Source: Octopus vulgaris
Lineage: Eukaryota
DNA: 64,000 bases
Assembly: GCA_951406725.2 (NCBI GenBank)
Contig: OX597814.1
Location: 209,808,001 to 209,872,000, forward strand
Reading direction: 5' to 3'
Shown: positions 25,219-43,306 of the stretch, piece by piece
Layout: the number at the start of each line of letters is the position of its first letter
Numbering within the stretch: position 1 is the stretch's first letter
Made by a program: the position numbers and the translations under genes
Notes under the pieces: generated by a model
The model's database searches: none
The model's input: the letters and a program-made list of their open reading frames with translations, nothing else
Told to the model about the DNA's origin: nothing

Positions 25219-25508
25219 TTTCTACATGCTAGAAAGACTTGCAGTTTCTGTCGTATACATATCAAAGTAATATTCGGACCGAAGCAGTCCTCATGTGGTG
25301 TTCTAATTTCGTCCGTCGTTTTGTTTTTAAACCTCAACAAACTCCATTTGGCAAGTCTCCATCTCCTAACCTGCGAGTGGCTGTCCTTCAATCCAACGAA
25401 CCCAGAATACAATTCCCAGATGAGATAGCATCTTTCACACACGATCTGCGAGTGTCCACTGCAGTTATTACAAATGGGAATCAAACTTGCACTGGCTAAT
25501 AATTTTCT
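25219..25508 (-). CDS. Candidate internal exon (290 nt) of an unknown gene
   Basis: Acceptor TTCAACTTTATAG|AGA and donor AA|GTATGT. High-complexity open frame RKLLASASLIPICNNCSGHSQIVCERCYLIWE...LACRK with CxxC-x7-CxxC spacing. No recognisable homology. Confidence 0.3.
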
Positions 25509-25934
25509 CTATAAAGTTGAACCATATGGCTTCTCTGAGATTCCTCTCATACATTTTCCCACAGATCGGTGAGCTAAACCGAATGACCTTTCTTGTCTTT
25601 TCCGACCTTACATATTATAGATACATACATATATACATATACATTCACGCACACACACTGACACACCTACACATACATACGCATGCATAGAGAGAAAACC
25701 AGTAAAAGGTAGAACAACTTTCATTATTTACTTTGAACAGCTGTTTCATTTGAAATGCGCATAATCAATTCTATAATTACGTTATTGTGATACAGAGTCA
25801 GTGAAAATAATTTAAAATTAAATTAATTTAAAATGATGCTTATCCATAACCTCAGGAATAATACCGGTCATGTTAGTCATGAACCGTTTCTGTTTTAGAT
25901 ACGAGTAAAATAAGAAAACCACTTGTACTTGTAG

Positions 25935-26133
25935 CTTTCGAATGATGCCACCCTGCTAGCTAGGCAGGCAGGCTGACATTTGCAGTTGAATGACCCCATG
26001 AACCCGAAACTACATGTGTTGCTCAATAACACAAGAGAAGGCATTTTGCTCAAGTAGACAACGCGCCGCCGGTCTCGAAATCGAAACCACGATTCCGAGT
26101 GCAACACCATAACCACTCTGCCACGCACCTTCA
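25935..26133 (-). mobile_element. tRNA-derived SINE, degraded, with part of the RTE-type tail
   Basis: Minus-strand head GGTGCGTGGCAGAGTGGTTATGG..GGTTTCGATTTCGAGACCGG. TTCGAATGATGCCACCCTGCTAGCTAGGCAGGCAGGC matches 32025-32060. Confidence 0.7.
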
Positions 26134-26174
26134 CTATACATGCATACATACATACACAGATGTATAAATATATA

Positions 26175-29905
<3,731 letters not shown>

Positions 29906-29935
29906 TGTATATGTATATATATATACACATATATG

Positions 29936-30064
<129 letters not shown>

Positions 30065-30097
30065 GTATGCATGTATGTATGCATGTATATAGATATA

Positions 30098-30520
30098 GGT
30101 GCAGGCGTGGCTGTGTCCATAGGCGCCGACATAGCTGTGTGGATAGTCGCAGGCGTGGCTATGTCATAAGAACGTATCTTCTCAACCACATGGTATTGGG
30201 TTCAGTCACACTGCGTGGCACCTTGGGCAAGTGTCTTCTACTACAGCCTTGGGGCGTCGTGATATTATGTATGAAGCCCGTCGTGTATATATATATGTAT
30301 ATTTATGTGCGTGTCTCTGTTTGTCCCCCACCATCGCTTGACAACGGTCTTGGTATGGTTACATCTCCGTAACTTAGTGGTTCGAAAACAGATCCGAGAG
30401 AATAAATACGTTTACAAAAATCAATCCTGGGGTCGATTTCTTCGACTAATTCACTTTAAGGCGGTGCTCTAGCATGACTGCAGTCATATGACTGAAACAT
30501 GTAAAAATAATACAAGAATA
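30098..30520 (+). mobile_element. SINE family B with a reiterated 5' end
   Basis: GCAGGCGTGGCT.TGT is repeated about three times at 30100-30165; body CTGCGTGGCACCTTGGGCAAGTGTCTTC; tail GGCGGTGCTCTAGCATGACTGCAGTCATATGACTGAAAC. Confidence 0.85.
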
Positions 30521-30529
30521 AAGGAATAT

Positions 30530-30805
30530 ATTTTTATTTCTATTTTTTGTTTCTTGTATTTATATTCGTGTGGCATCGTCCGTTTTTCTGTCCTTGTTTC
30601 GTATACATTCGATTCTTTTTCCAAGAAATCTAATGCTCGGAGCTTAGTTTTTCCTTGGGGCTGGCCGGATCGGAGCGATATCAGGATTAATCAGCCGAAA
30701 TTGCTAAGATGATCCGGTTCCTGACTGACGATTAGAGGCTTCGAATGACCTGTCTTCTTTTTGTGTCGTCTCTTTGTGTAGTTTGCGTTCTTGACCCATT
30801 TTATA
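30530..30805 (+). mobile_element. Interspersed repeat of unknown class; second copy at 56020-56152
   Basis: TCAGCCGAAATTGC..GAT.ATC.GG...TGACTGA.GAT.GA..GCTTCGAATG...CCCATTTT is shared with 56020-56152; both end in (TA)n. Confidence 0.6.
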
Positions 30806-30857
30806 TATAAGTTTAATACATACATACATATATATATATATATGTATATATATATGG

Positions 30858-31085
30858 TTAATGTGAAACGAAAGATGGAAGATACGAGTATTTTTTATTA
30901 ACCATTACATTTGTTCCGACTCATCTAACAACCCACGTGAGGGGCCGATGCCCGATGGATCAAAATAATTTTTGTGATTAATAAAAATCCTCGTCTCTTC
31001 AATCATCCGTCTCTCAAAGACCGATCACAGTGAAAGGGATCGTGCTTTAGCAGTAAGCTACCAAGTATTAACCATTCGTTTTGTT
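30858..31085 (-). mobile_element. Possible Penelope-like terminal fragment with a degenerate hammerhead
   Basis: Minus strand reads tTGAAGA-GAC...long insert...GTC-GgAAC-AAAT-GTA; bounded by (TA)n. Confidence 0.35.
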
Positions 31086-31113
31086 ATATAATATATATAC
31101 ATGCATAACACAT

Positions 31114-31178
<65 letters not shown>

Positions 31179-31269
31179 CATATATGTATGCATATATATA
31201 TATGTGTGTGTGTAGATATATATATCTATACAGCTTTCTATCTATCTCCTCTCTCTCCCTCTCTGTGAA

Positions 31270-31316
<47 letters not shown>

Positions 31317-31369
31317 TGTTTATATTCCACCTGCCTTCGTCTTTTATTTATTTTCATATAGCTTCCCGT

Positions 31370-31419
<50 letters not shown>

Positions 31420-31945
31420 TTGGGAGAGAGAGAGGGAGAAACGGAGAGAGATACATGGCTGTATAATATTGATATCATGTAAAGTAATCTAAACTTTGCA
31501 ACGTTTAATTAACGTAAGGAATTATTAATAAGCTTCTAAACTAGTTGGATCGGTCTATTTTTTCGGCTTCATTTCGAAATACTTCCGAATTTGTATACTT
31601 GGTTACTTTCATCAGGTGACTACATACATAAAATAGCTATACTTGTACGTTTGCATTATATTTATAATAATTATCCTGTCGCCGTATCGATTTCATAAAT
31701 TAATTATTCATTTGTATTTGTTCTCAGCTCATGCAGTCTTATGAAATGTCTATAAGCTGTTTCTCTTTCTATGTTTAAGAATGAATAATGAATAATTATG
31801 ATGTGTTATATATACTGAAATTAGTAAATGTGGTATGTTTTTGCAATTTGATAAAAACGATTCTTATTTATCTGTAGATCTTTCAAACAAGCCTCCGTAT
31901 TAGTGAAATTGGTCCTATTACTTTCAGGAAACTACTTCCTTTAAT

Positions 31946-32250
31946 CACGTGATCACGTGACCGACCGGACCATCAGATGTTGTTACACATCGCTTGTCAC
32001 AATGCGTTCGCATTGTTTTAGCATTCGAATGACGCCACCCCGCTGGCTAAGCGAGCAGGCCAACAGAAGAAAGAGCGGGAGAAAGAGTGGTGAAAGAGTA
32101 CAGCAGGGATCACCACCCCCTGCCGGATCCTCGTGGAACTTTTAGGTGTTTTCGCTCAATAAACACTCACAACGCCCGGTCTGGGAATTGAAACCGCGAT
32201 CCTGCGACCGCGAGTCCGCTGCCCTAACCACTAGGCCATTGCGGCTCCAC
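31946..32250 (-). mobile_element. tRNA-Arg-like SINE (family A head, RTE-derived tail; resembles octopus OR2)
   Basis: Same head as 12914; perfect 12-bp TSD ACTTCCTTTAAT at 31934-31945 and 32251-32262; tail GGTCGGTCACGTGATCACGTG. The OR2 name is from recall. Confidence 0.9.
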
Positions 32251-32778
32251 ACTTCCTTTAATAAATTTCCCAAATGGTATAAATCTACGCAAGGCAAGGT
32301 AAAAATTCTGGAAATAGAATCCTATCTTCAGAATCTGAGTAGGCGACGAAGCGCAACTGCACTGTAATGCACATGCCGCAATTCAGTCGTCGAAAGAAGG
32401 CAATTATGCTGTAAAACGAATATGTTGACCGTGTTTACTCTTTAAAACCAAAACAAACGTCCTTAAATAGCCTTAGTATATTTTCTCAAGAGAACATCTG
32501 ACAGCAATACACAACGCTAGTTACAAAAGACTAATCATCGACAATAATCCCAGGTGAGGGATTAGACCAAAATTCAAATGGATATGGCAGGCAGGATGAA
32601 CTCCCGGAATCTCAAAACTTTCCGAGCTGGAGATCCATGTGTCACCATTTTATTCAAAAACTTCGAATGGTTTTTACCTAGTTTACAGTTGCTTCATTTG
32701 TTTCTCTACTCGTAACGGATAACGAGAATTGAGGAACGGGAATATGTATATGAACAAACATGCGTTCCTACACACAAA

Positions 32779-33100
32779 ATACATACATACATACATACAT
32801 ACATACATACATACATACATACATACATGCATGCATACATACATACATGCATACATACATACATGCATACATACATACATACATACATGCATGCATACAT
32901 ACATACATGCATACATGCATGCATGCATACATACATACATACATACATACATACATACATACATACATACATACATACATACATACATACATACATACAT
33001 ACATACATACATACATACATACATACATACATACATACATGCATACATACATACATACATACATACATACATACATGCATACATACATACATACATACAT
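32779..33100. repeat. (TACA)n/(TGCA) microsatellite of about 320 bp
   Basis: Directly visible. Confidence 0.97.
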
Positions 33101-33255
33101 AGCTGATGCAGGAAAAGCAGTAAAATGTGACAACCCAAGCAGAATTTGTGGAGTTCACACTGAAGATATCACTCACATCATAATCATTTCTCCGAAAATG
33201 TCATCACGGTATTATCTATCGATGAGACATAATGTTGCCAGGACACTAATATTGA
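33101..33255 (+). mobile_element. Zinc-knuckle remnant of a further RLE-type (R4-like) LINE
   Basis: AGKAVKCDNPSRICGVHTEDITHIIIISPKMSSRYYLSMRHNVARTL matches the CR.CG...E...HI.S.C......Y..RH(D/N) motif. Confidence 0.7.
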
Positions 33256-34856
33256 TAACTCCATCAACACTGACAACAACGTATGAAGTATTACGAAAGC
33301 TGTAAGTTATTTAAGGAAATGTAAATACTCTTGTCATTTCACTTGGTGTTGACGTTTAAATCAAGATCTAATTTTGTGCTATTGAAAAGCCCGAGATCAC
33401 CTGTCTATCCTCAAAAATATCTTAGCTGCTGAAATATACCTGGACGAAGTTTATCCAAACTTAAACTATTTTGGGGTATAACAGTTTCAGCAATAAGCAT
33501 ATGTTTTTCTGTGTAGCAAAGAAAAAATAATGGCTATTACAGTTGGCAAGTGTTATTCCAACTCTCTTGGTGCTAACCGACCTTATCAAAAACATAGTGG
33601 ACCGGCTTAAATTTGCAATAGGAGAGTTCGGAAATAATGTAAAGAAACCACTGTCACCATCAATCAACTCACGTATATCCCCACATGAAACATATTCTAA
33701 GATAGATTGCAGTAAGAATATTTTGAAAACAAAAATCGTTAAAAGAAAAAACGTTTCTACGTTTCCCAAACCGTCGTTGGGCGACAAGCACGTCTTGACG
33801 GGATGAAATGAAAGCCACATACTGACGTGATAAATGTTTTCGATAATGTTGTTGAACATATGGAATCATGTATTGTGGAAAATTAATAACGTCATATAAA
33901 CGGTTGCTATTATTCTTAAAGAAGACAGAGGAGAAACTTGCAGAGTACGTGCTAATGAAATTACTGAAGGAAAACTACCCAAATGGTAAACAAAGCCTGA
34001 ATTAAACATCAACAATCTGTGCCGACATACATGAAAGTTGGTCACGATAATGAAAGGTAACGGAGATGAGCTAAGGCCTCACCAATTATATCATGCAGAA
34101 CAGCACAATTCTAGTCCATTCTTCACACCAAGCTAATGAATGGAAGCTAATTGCTTTAAAGTGCGAACAGGATGTTGAGTTAAAAACTTCGATATAGTAG
34201 AGAAATATTTGAGAGAGCCAACTGAAATCACATGTTTGCTTCCAACTCAGGCCTTGTAACGGAAGATGAAGGATGACAATATCATCGTTAAAAATTCTTT
34301 CCCGAGGAAGACCTCCAAACATTCTGCCTTAAGATCTAGAAACAAAAGGTCTAGAACAAACGAAATGCATCGAGGCTAAATACTGTTAGGAAAGAATACT
34401 GTACCAACAACAACAACAGCAAAACATGCGCAATCGATCATGAAGCTTTCGCTATACCTATAAGTAACCTATATAATCTGAAGACGGCTGGAAGAATCAT
34501 TTTATTGGATACTGGCACGAAATGATAATCTTTTAAAGAATATCATTTATACATATATTCAAAAGAATTATGGAAGGCCAGATTGACATACCAAATGCTT
34601 GTTACAGACAAATTTTGTAGCCAAGAGGGAACCGCTAATTTGGTAGAAAACCTAGGGTCCGTTGATTCCTCAAATATTATGTACAATGTTTTTGCCAGCA
34701 GTCTAAACCAATTCCTGGCGGATCATTTTGGGTGCAACAAATTTGTTATTAAAGAGCATATGTAAATATACGGCATAACTTTCCTTAATTACTGGGTCAG
34801 CAGCGTGTTTTCTTGGATGTATATATAATATATATATACATGTATATAAATATATA

Positions 34857-34954
<98 letters not shown>

Positions 34955-34956
34955 GT

Positions 34957-36482
<1,526 letters not shown>

Positions 36483-37122
36483 AATATATTTTGCTTGTTC
36501 TTCAAAGTATGTTCTCGAAGAAAAAGAAACAGTTTAGAAATAAATGCCATACGAATATCAAATACATGGCTATCAGATAAATCAATGCTTCATGATGACT
36601 TGACAAAATACATCAGAAGAAGAGAAAAACGGACGAGTCTTTAGTGTTCTTACGTTCATTGTCACTGAACCAAAAATATAATACAGCGTTTGCGGTACTT
36701 CTGTTTAAAATGAAGTAATACGCATATAACTAACTCACTATAGTTAGAAATCGATCGATCGCAATTTTGTTTTAAACATTATTTTAAGCTTTTATAAAAC
36801 AAAGTAACCTTATATTGCTAAATTTTAGTCAGCAAAATATACCTTGTTCTACACCTAATATTCTTGGTATGAATCTGATCGGTCAAAGAGTTTAATTAAC
36901 ATCTAATTTGGTCAAAGTAATGTGGTTGAAGGCAAAGTTGTAAAGATAAGATTCCAATACACGAATATTACACGCACATACATACACACACACACGCACA
37001 TACACACACACACACATCACACACACAGCGCACAGATACACACACACAAACACAAACACACACACACACACGCACGCACACACACACACATACACACACA
37101 CAAGCAATGGGCAGATATGGAA

Positions 37123-37417
37123 TTTTCTATATTTTAATATAAGAGAGAATTTTTTCTACACAGTAACTACAGTGAATGTTTTTACATTTGACGGATATTT
37201 GTCCTAATCTTGCTTGTTGTTAACACAACGCTTCGGCTGATGTACCCTCCAGGTTTCATCAGGTGTCTTGTATCATTATTATTATTATTATTATTATTAT
37301 TAGTCACGTCACTGCCTTGAATCGAACCCCTACGCCATATGCCCACGGGCATATGGCTGAGTGGTTAACAGCGCGAGCTACTAACTCCGAGATGCCGAGT
37401 TCGATTCCATGTAGTGA

Positions 37418-37496
<79 letters not shown>

Positions 37497-37675
37497 GAAA
37501 AATTCCTTAGGAAAGAGAACCCAGGTTCGAAATTTCCCCAACATACCTGATGAAGGCTGGAGAGTATATCAGCCTAAACGTTGTGTTAACAACAAACAAG
37601 CTGAGGACAAATATCCGTCAAATGTAAATAATGTAAGTAATGTACATAATTTCTCATCTCTTAAATATAGAACTG
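37123..37675. mobile_element. Palindromic (head-to-head) element: tRNA-like head + (AAT)n + Penelope-type hammerhead tail
   Basis: Central perfect palindrome GCCATATGCCC-AC-GGGCATATGGC (37334-37357). Outer arms 37181-37270 and 37539-37628 are reverse complements. A box TGGCTGAGTGG, B box AGTTCGATTCC. CTGATGA-AGGCTG..CAGCC-(G/T)AAAC-GTT-GTGTT motif in each arm. Confidence 0.8.
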
Positions 37676-40600
37676 TATGTCACAAACATATTTTAACTAA
37701 CCTAAAATCATTTAATATAAATGCACACACACATACACGCGTGTATATAAATGCGTAAAATTTATTAAATGAGCCAAGGTAGTGAAGAAAGCAGTAACAG
37801 AAAACTAGTCGAAGTTTAATAGTGGTGTTTGAACTCAATGCCCTAAGAGCAAAAATAGATAATTGTTCAGTCAATTGATTGTGCTTCTCAAACGAAATGC
37901 CATAAATACATTGTTTAACGAATTTATTTTATCTATACTGTCCATGGTCATTGGGAAAGTGAATGTAATAGTGTTAGGTTTTTACTGAAGCTAAATTTGT
38001 TATAGTGCTGCGATTGGCAGATTAAGATATATTTCTAAAACCACAGCATCATAGTATTGCGTTTGGCCTCTACTGTAAATGTATGAAAACTTGTGTTTAG
38101 TTTAAATAAAAAAGAGGAAAAATTTAAATAAAATTAATTGCTTGGTTGTTTTTCACGCGACGATGGCACTTGATTATCGATAATAGCCATTATGTAAATG
38201 TTAGCTAGGAAAACTTTTTGTATTATATTTTAATTAAACCACTCACAGGAATATAATTTATGTCCACAGCTTCTGGTCATAAGACTGATATAATTCAATG
38301 TTGCTGAAATTGCGCTCACGAAAAGAACTAAATGCAATATGGTAGTTATTAGAAGACTGAACCGTGGCTGCATAGTTAAATAACCAGTGAGACGACAGTC
38401 AGACATCTATGGTTGTGAGACAGAATCTTGCCAAAATTTAGATAAGCGTATATTTACCCGACTATCGAGAAACTTAAATTGCCAACTGCAATGCTTTTCC
38501 TGCGGAACAATTTCGACCGAAAATATAGGACAATGAAAAATACTTTCAACATGCTAGAGACTGAAACATAATTTTCTAAAGACTAAACTAACAGGTGTAT
38601 ATATAGAGAGAAGTACAGGAAAATTTGTGTTTATATATTTATATACATAATATAAGCATAAATATGTAAAGAACTGCTAAAAAGAAATGCGTACCTGCCT
38701 TAACCACGTTCTGAGATATTCCAAAATCCATGATAAATGTTTTGCTATCTTTTCGTCTATTTATATTAGTGTCTTATATTAACGTGCAAGCAAATATATA
38801 TATGTGGTTCCTGATGCAGCAATATCCTGATTAAACAGAACAATAGGCGCAGAGCCTTAAAGATTCCTTGAAGACATGAGGCGCGTTATAAAAACCTGCC
38901 CAGCCAATTGTCTTCATTGCAAGAAACTATTACTAGCTCTTATTTTCATTCAATGTACGTTAAATGCTATTTATCTCTCATTGGTTGGAATATTTTCTTC
39001 CTTGATCTTCCCTTAACGGTACAGTTATATCTATATATCTATATCAACAATGGTTTATTGGGATACATAATCGTAGTGGATATAGTGTTACCTTTTATCA
39101 GTTATCAATGGTGGCTAGCCACAGTGAATGTTGATGAAACTCAAGTTAGTTAAAATTTACTATACTCGGTCAATAGTCACTAGGTAAAACCTAATGTCCT
39201 TATAAGGACTGCATAGGGTCCGTAGAGAAAAATATTCTAAAATTAATGAAGACCTACGGACGTGCGTAGGTCTTGACGAAGAACGACGTGATTAACTGTA
39301 TTATAAAACCTAAATCTTTATTAATATATGCGTTTCTGTATGTTTGTGTGTGTGTGTATGTGAGTGTGTGTATATATGAGGGGAGAGAGAGAAACAATGT
39401 CACTTAGAATGATATTTCTATTGTAAACAACAGAAAAAGGGAAAATAAATTATAAGATTTGTTGCGCGTTCAAGGTTGGCATATATATATAAACGGCCAC
39501 AATTTAGAGGAAGAGTAAGTCTGAAAGGAAGTTGACAATGATTCGTTAAGAAAGCAAGAAACAAAACTTTTTTGCTAATATGAGAATTTCACACTACACT
39601 ATGTTCTGTTCCTTCACACTAAGAGGTTTTTTGTCGTATTAAAATAAAACTTTTATTTATTAATCAAATGAAATTTTTAAGGGTTGTACTTTGCCAATTT
39701 ATTTGCTATACTATATTATTAGTACTTATCTTTTTGAGATTTGGAAATGTAACGCTTAAAACTATCAAGTTTGGTAGGATTCGAGTTTAGTGCCGAGTGG
39801 AACACTCGTTTGCTCAATCGAGTCTCATAATCATTTAGTTACTCAGTGTTGCTAGTCAAAGAAAGAAATATACTAGTTTGAATCTTGTTTGCTGTTATAT
39901 TCCGACACAGAGAGCGCAGCTGGCTACACTTTAGATAAAGAAGGAATAAGATGTCAGTGATTCATGATCTCTGCAATTTTATTTTTTATGTATATCACGT
40001 TTGTTCTTTCAGAACAGACATCGATAAGAATGAATAAACTCATCCCCTAAATAAGCTTAGAGTACAATGTTAATCTTACTTTAACCACATATGAGTAAAT
40101 CTTAATAAGGAAATGGTTCGGTTTAGACTGGCTTTTCTTGCGGTTGCTCGTCAGTCACATTTTCTTGAGCAGGGCTATAAATAAAATACCCCCTGAACAT
40201 CATCATACAAATTTGACATTTTAAAGAAAATTTATGTATAAGCCTTTTTGTATCAGGCGGGTATTTGAGTTAATCTTTGCTTAAACAACATCGTATTTTT
40301 CTCGAGGTTTGTACTGTTATGACATGATATAAGAAATATGCTGTCACAGAAATTCTTCAATGAATTGTTGTATAACTATCTAAATTTGGGTGTTTTCACA
40401 TTTAATAACTATTGGCAAAGAATCACAGTGGTTGGCTAAACTGAAATTGAAAGTTAATCTCAGTTGCTTAGTGGAAATAAAGAAAAGTCGTTTGGATTAG
40501 TTTAATTGCTACTGTAAAAGGGATTTTGAATATATTTAGAATTTTCTTGTGATCTTGGTTTGATGTACAGCTGCTGCATTTTGATTTATTTGTTGTCCTT

Positions 40601-41739
40601 ACAGAATTAACTTATATAACAATAAATGTAATCTTCTGAGCTACAGGATCACTGCTAAGATGAGCCCAATGCAGTAACGTTTCAGCTTAATAGTATTCGT
40701 ATAATTTGATATAAGATATGGCACGAAAGAAGCACAGCTGTCAAATGCTAAATAATTCCGTGACTAAAACTATGAGTTTCGTTTCGTCATCAATAACAGA
40801 ACAAAAGAAGGCGAGGCTTTCCCAGCTGAGGAAAATATTAGAATTGAAACATGAAACTGAATTTTAGATCGTGCGTTTGCGTAGCGATTAATAAAATCTC
40901 TGAAGCGCTGGAGATGCTTTAGTTTATTGAACTTGGCTAAAACTTTCCGTGGCAGCAACACCACCTGAGCTGTAAAATCTTGGCAATTTTCCATTACCTT
41001 TAGTTTCAAGACGTAATTGAATCGATTTTGGAAATGTTCTATTTGAACACCTGTAGGGTTTATTGATTAGAGATAAACTGCTAACACTGGGATGGGACTT
41101 ATGTAGAAACAGGATATAAGGATAACAAAATAACTAAATGAAACATACATATAGGATTTCACACTGAAAACTAAATAAGCGTGAACGCTCGTATACACAC
41201 TTGCATGATCCCGGAACAGACACACGCTTACATACACTGACAGAGATGTATATATGCTGCTGAGCTAAATGCTAAATACATAGAAGGAAACACACACAAT
41301 GCACACACAGACACACAGACACACAGACACACAGACACACACACACACACACACGCACAAGCACAGACACAGGTGTCTGTATGAATGTAGTGGCTGCAAG
41401 TGTGTTGGTGTGTGTATGTGTATACACGCAAGCAAACTTCTAATCTAATTATCTCCACTATCAAGTTAAATGATTAAACTGTCGATCGCCGTACAACAAG
41501 CTAGTTTGTGAGATAAGAAGAATTCGATCGCATTTGGAGATATGAAATTAATTTCGAACTCCATACTTGCATAGTAATGTTTCGAGGTATGGAAATGAGA
41601 TAGGGTAAGGTTAATTTCTATTAGTAATATAACTTACGGTCAGTTATAAAGTTTATTAACAAGTATGGTGAAATCCAGCAAAGGCTAGAATTATCAATAC
41701 ACACACACACATAGCTATTATATATATATATATATAAAT

Positions 41740-41790
41740 ATGTACAGATATATTTATATATATGTACATATGCATTTAAGCTATATAACG

Positions 41791-41833
<43 letters not shown>

Positions 41834-41878
41834 GAGATATATTTATATATATGTACATATGCATTTAAGCTATATAAC

Positions 41879-41925
<47 letters not shown>

Positions 41926-41975
41926 GAGATATATTTATATATATGTACATATACATTTATGCTATTTAACGTAAT
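41740..41975. repeat. Three-copy minisatellite with variable internal (TA)n
   Basis: GTA.AGATATATTTATATATATGTACATAT.CATTTA.GCTAT.TAACGTA occurs three times. Confidence 0.85.
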
Positions 41976-41987
41976 ATATACATAATA

Positions 41988-42034
<47 letters not shown>

Positions 42035-42081
42035 AATATATAATATATACATACATACATATATACATACATACATATATA

Positions 42082-43230
42082 AATAAATCCTTAAAAATGT
42101 TTTAGCCCGAAGGCCGCGGCCATGCTGGGGCACCACCGCTTAATGAGCTACACTAGTTTGTGAATCCACCTCTGATACGTGGCACTTGATCAACAAGGGA
42201 GTTCGATGCTGCTGCCCGCATCCGTGTCTCCTGTCGTGAGGTAGGTTCATCTGGGACTCCCAACAAGAAGAGATCCAGTTTAGTTTTAAAGAAACCCACA
42301 TCCACACCATGTAAGTCTCTCAGGCATTTAGGGAGGATGTTAAAGAGCTGTGGTCCTCTGAAACCCAAGCTGTTGCAGTATCTGGACCTGTATTTTGATG
42401 GTGATGTTGGAATCCTTGGCACCACGCAGCGGCGCCCCGTTCTGCGGTTGGAGTAACTTTGAATGCCAAAGTTTGGGACAAGACCCTCCAGGATTTTCCA
42501 GATGTATATCACTGCATATCTCTCCCGCCTCTGCTCCAGGGAGAAGAGGTTTAATACCTTCAGTCTTTCCCAGTAGCTGACATTTTGCATTGAGACGATT
42601 TTCTTTGTGTAGCTTCTCTGAGTTGCTTTGAGTTCTGCTGTTTGTTTTATATTGTGTGGTGACCAAAGTTGGGAGCAGTAGTCCAAGCGGCTGAGGACAA
42701 ATGTTTTCCATAGGACCATCAGTGTCTCCTTCTCTCTTGTTCTGAAAGTTCGGAGAATCCATCCAGCTAGCCGTCTGCATTTTATCACCAGATTAGCAAT
42801 ATGCATTTGGAAAGATGCATCATTGCTCATGTCAATGCCCAGGTCACGCACTGATTTTGACTCAGGGATTGCAATTCTTCCTGGGCCAGTGTATCCAGTC
42901 TTCACGTCATTTACCTTTGTGTGCCAGTAGCGCAGGGCCTGGAACTTACCTGCATTAAACTGCATGTTGTTGTCCTCAGCCCACCTGTATATTGTGTCCA
43001 GCTCATGTTGCAGATGCTCAATATTTTCAGGGTTTTGTATTGCGTGGGAGACTTTGGTGTCATCTGCATAGCTAGCAAGGGTGGTCATCGTAGCAACTGA
43101 AGGCATGTCTGAAAGGGCCACTATGAACATCAGTGGCCCCAAGACAGTGCCCTGTGGGACACCGCTTGTTATTTGCGTTTCCCTGGAGGTGGCTCCATTG
43201 CTCACAACTGCCTGTTTTCTGTCTTTTAGT
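42082..43230 (-). mobile_element. 5'-truncated CR1-group LINE (RT C-terminal half + 3' UTR) in (TA)n
   Basis: Uninterrupted ORF 42153-43205 with SGVPQGTVLGPLMF, YADDTK, WAEDNNMQFNAGKF, RDLG, SRLDYCSQLWSP, GPQLFNILP and VPDEP..SNSL. 3' UTR GGTGGTGCCCCAGCATGGCCGCGGCCTTCGGGCTAAAAC. The exact clade (CR1/L2/Crack/Daphne) cannot be resolved by eye. Confidence 0.92.
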
Positions 43231-43237
43231 TGTAGTC

Positions 43238-43306
<69 letters not shown>

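Noticed and set aside
33460-34400. Complex purine-rich stretch with several short ORFs
   Set aside because: No recognisable motif in any frame; probably old transposon debris that cannot be assigned by eye.
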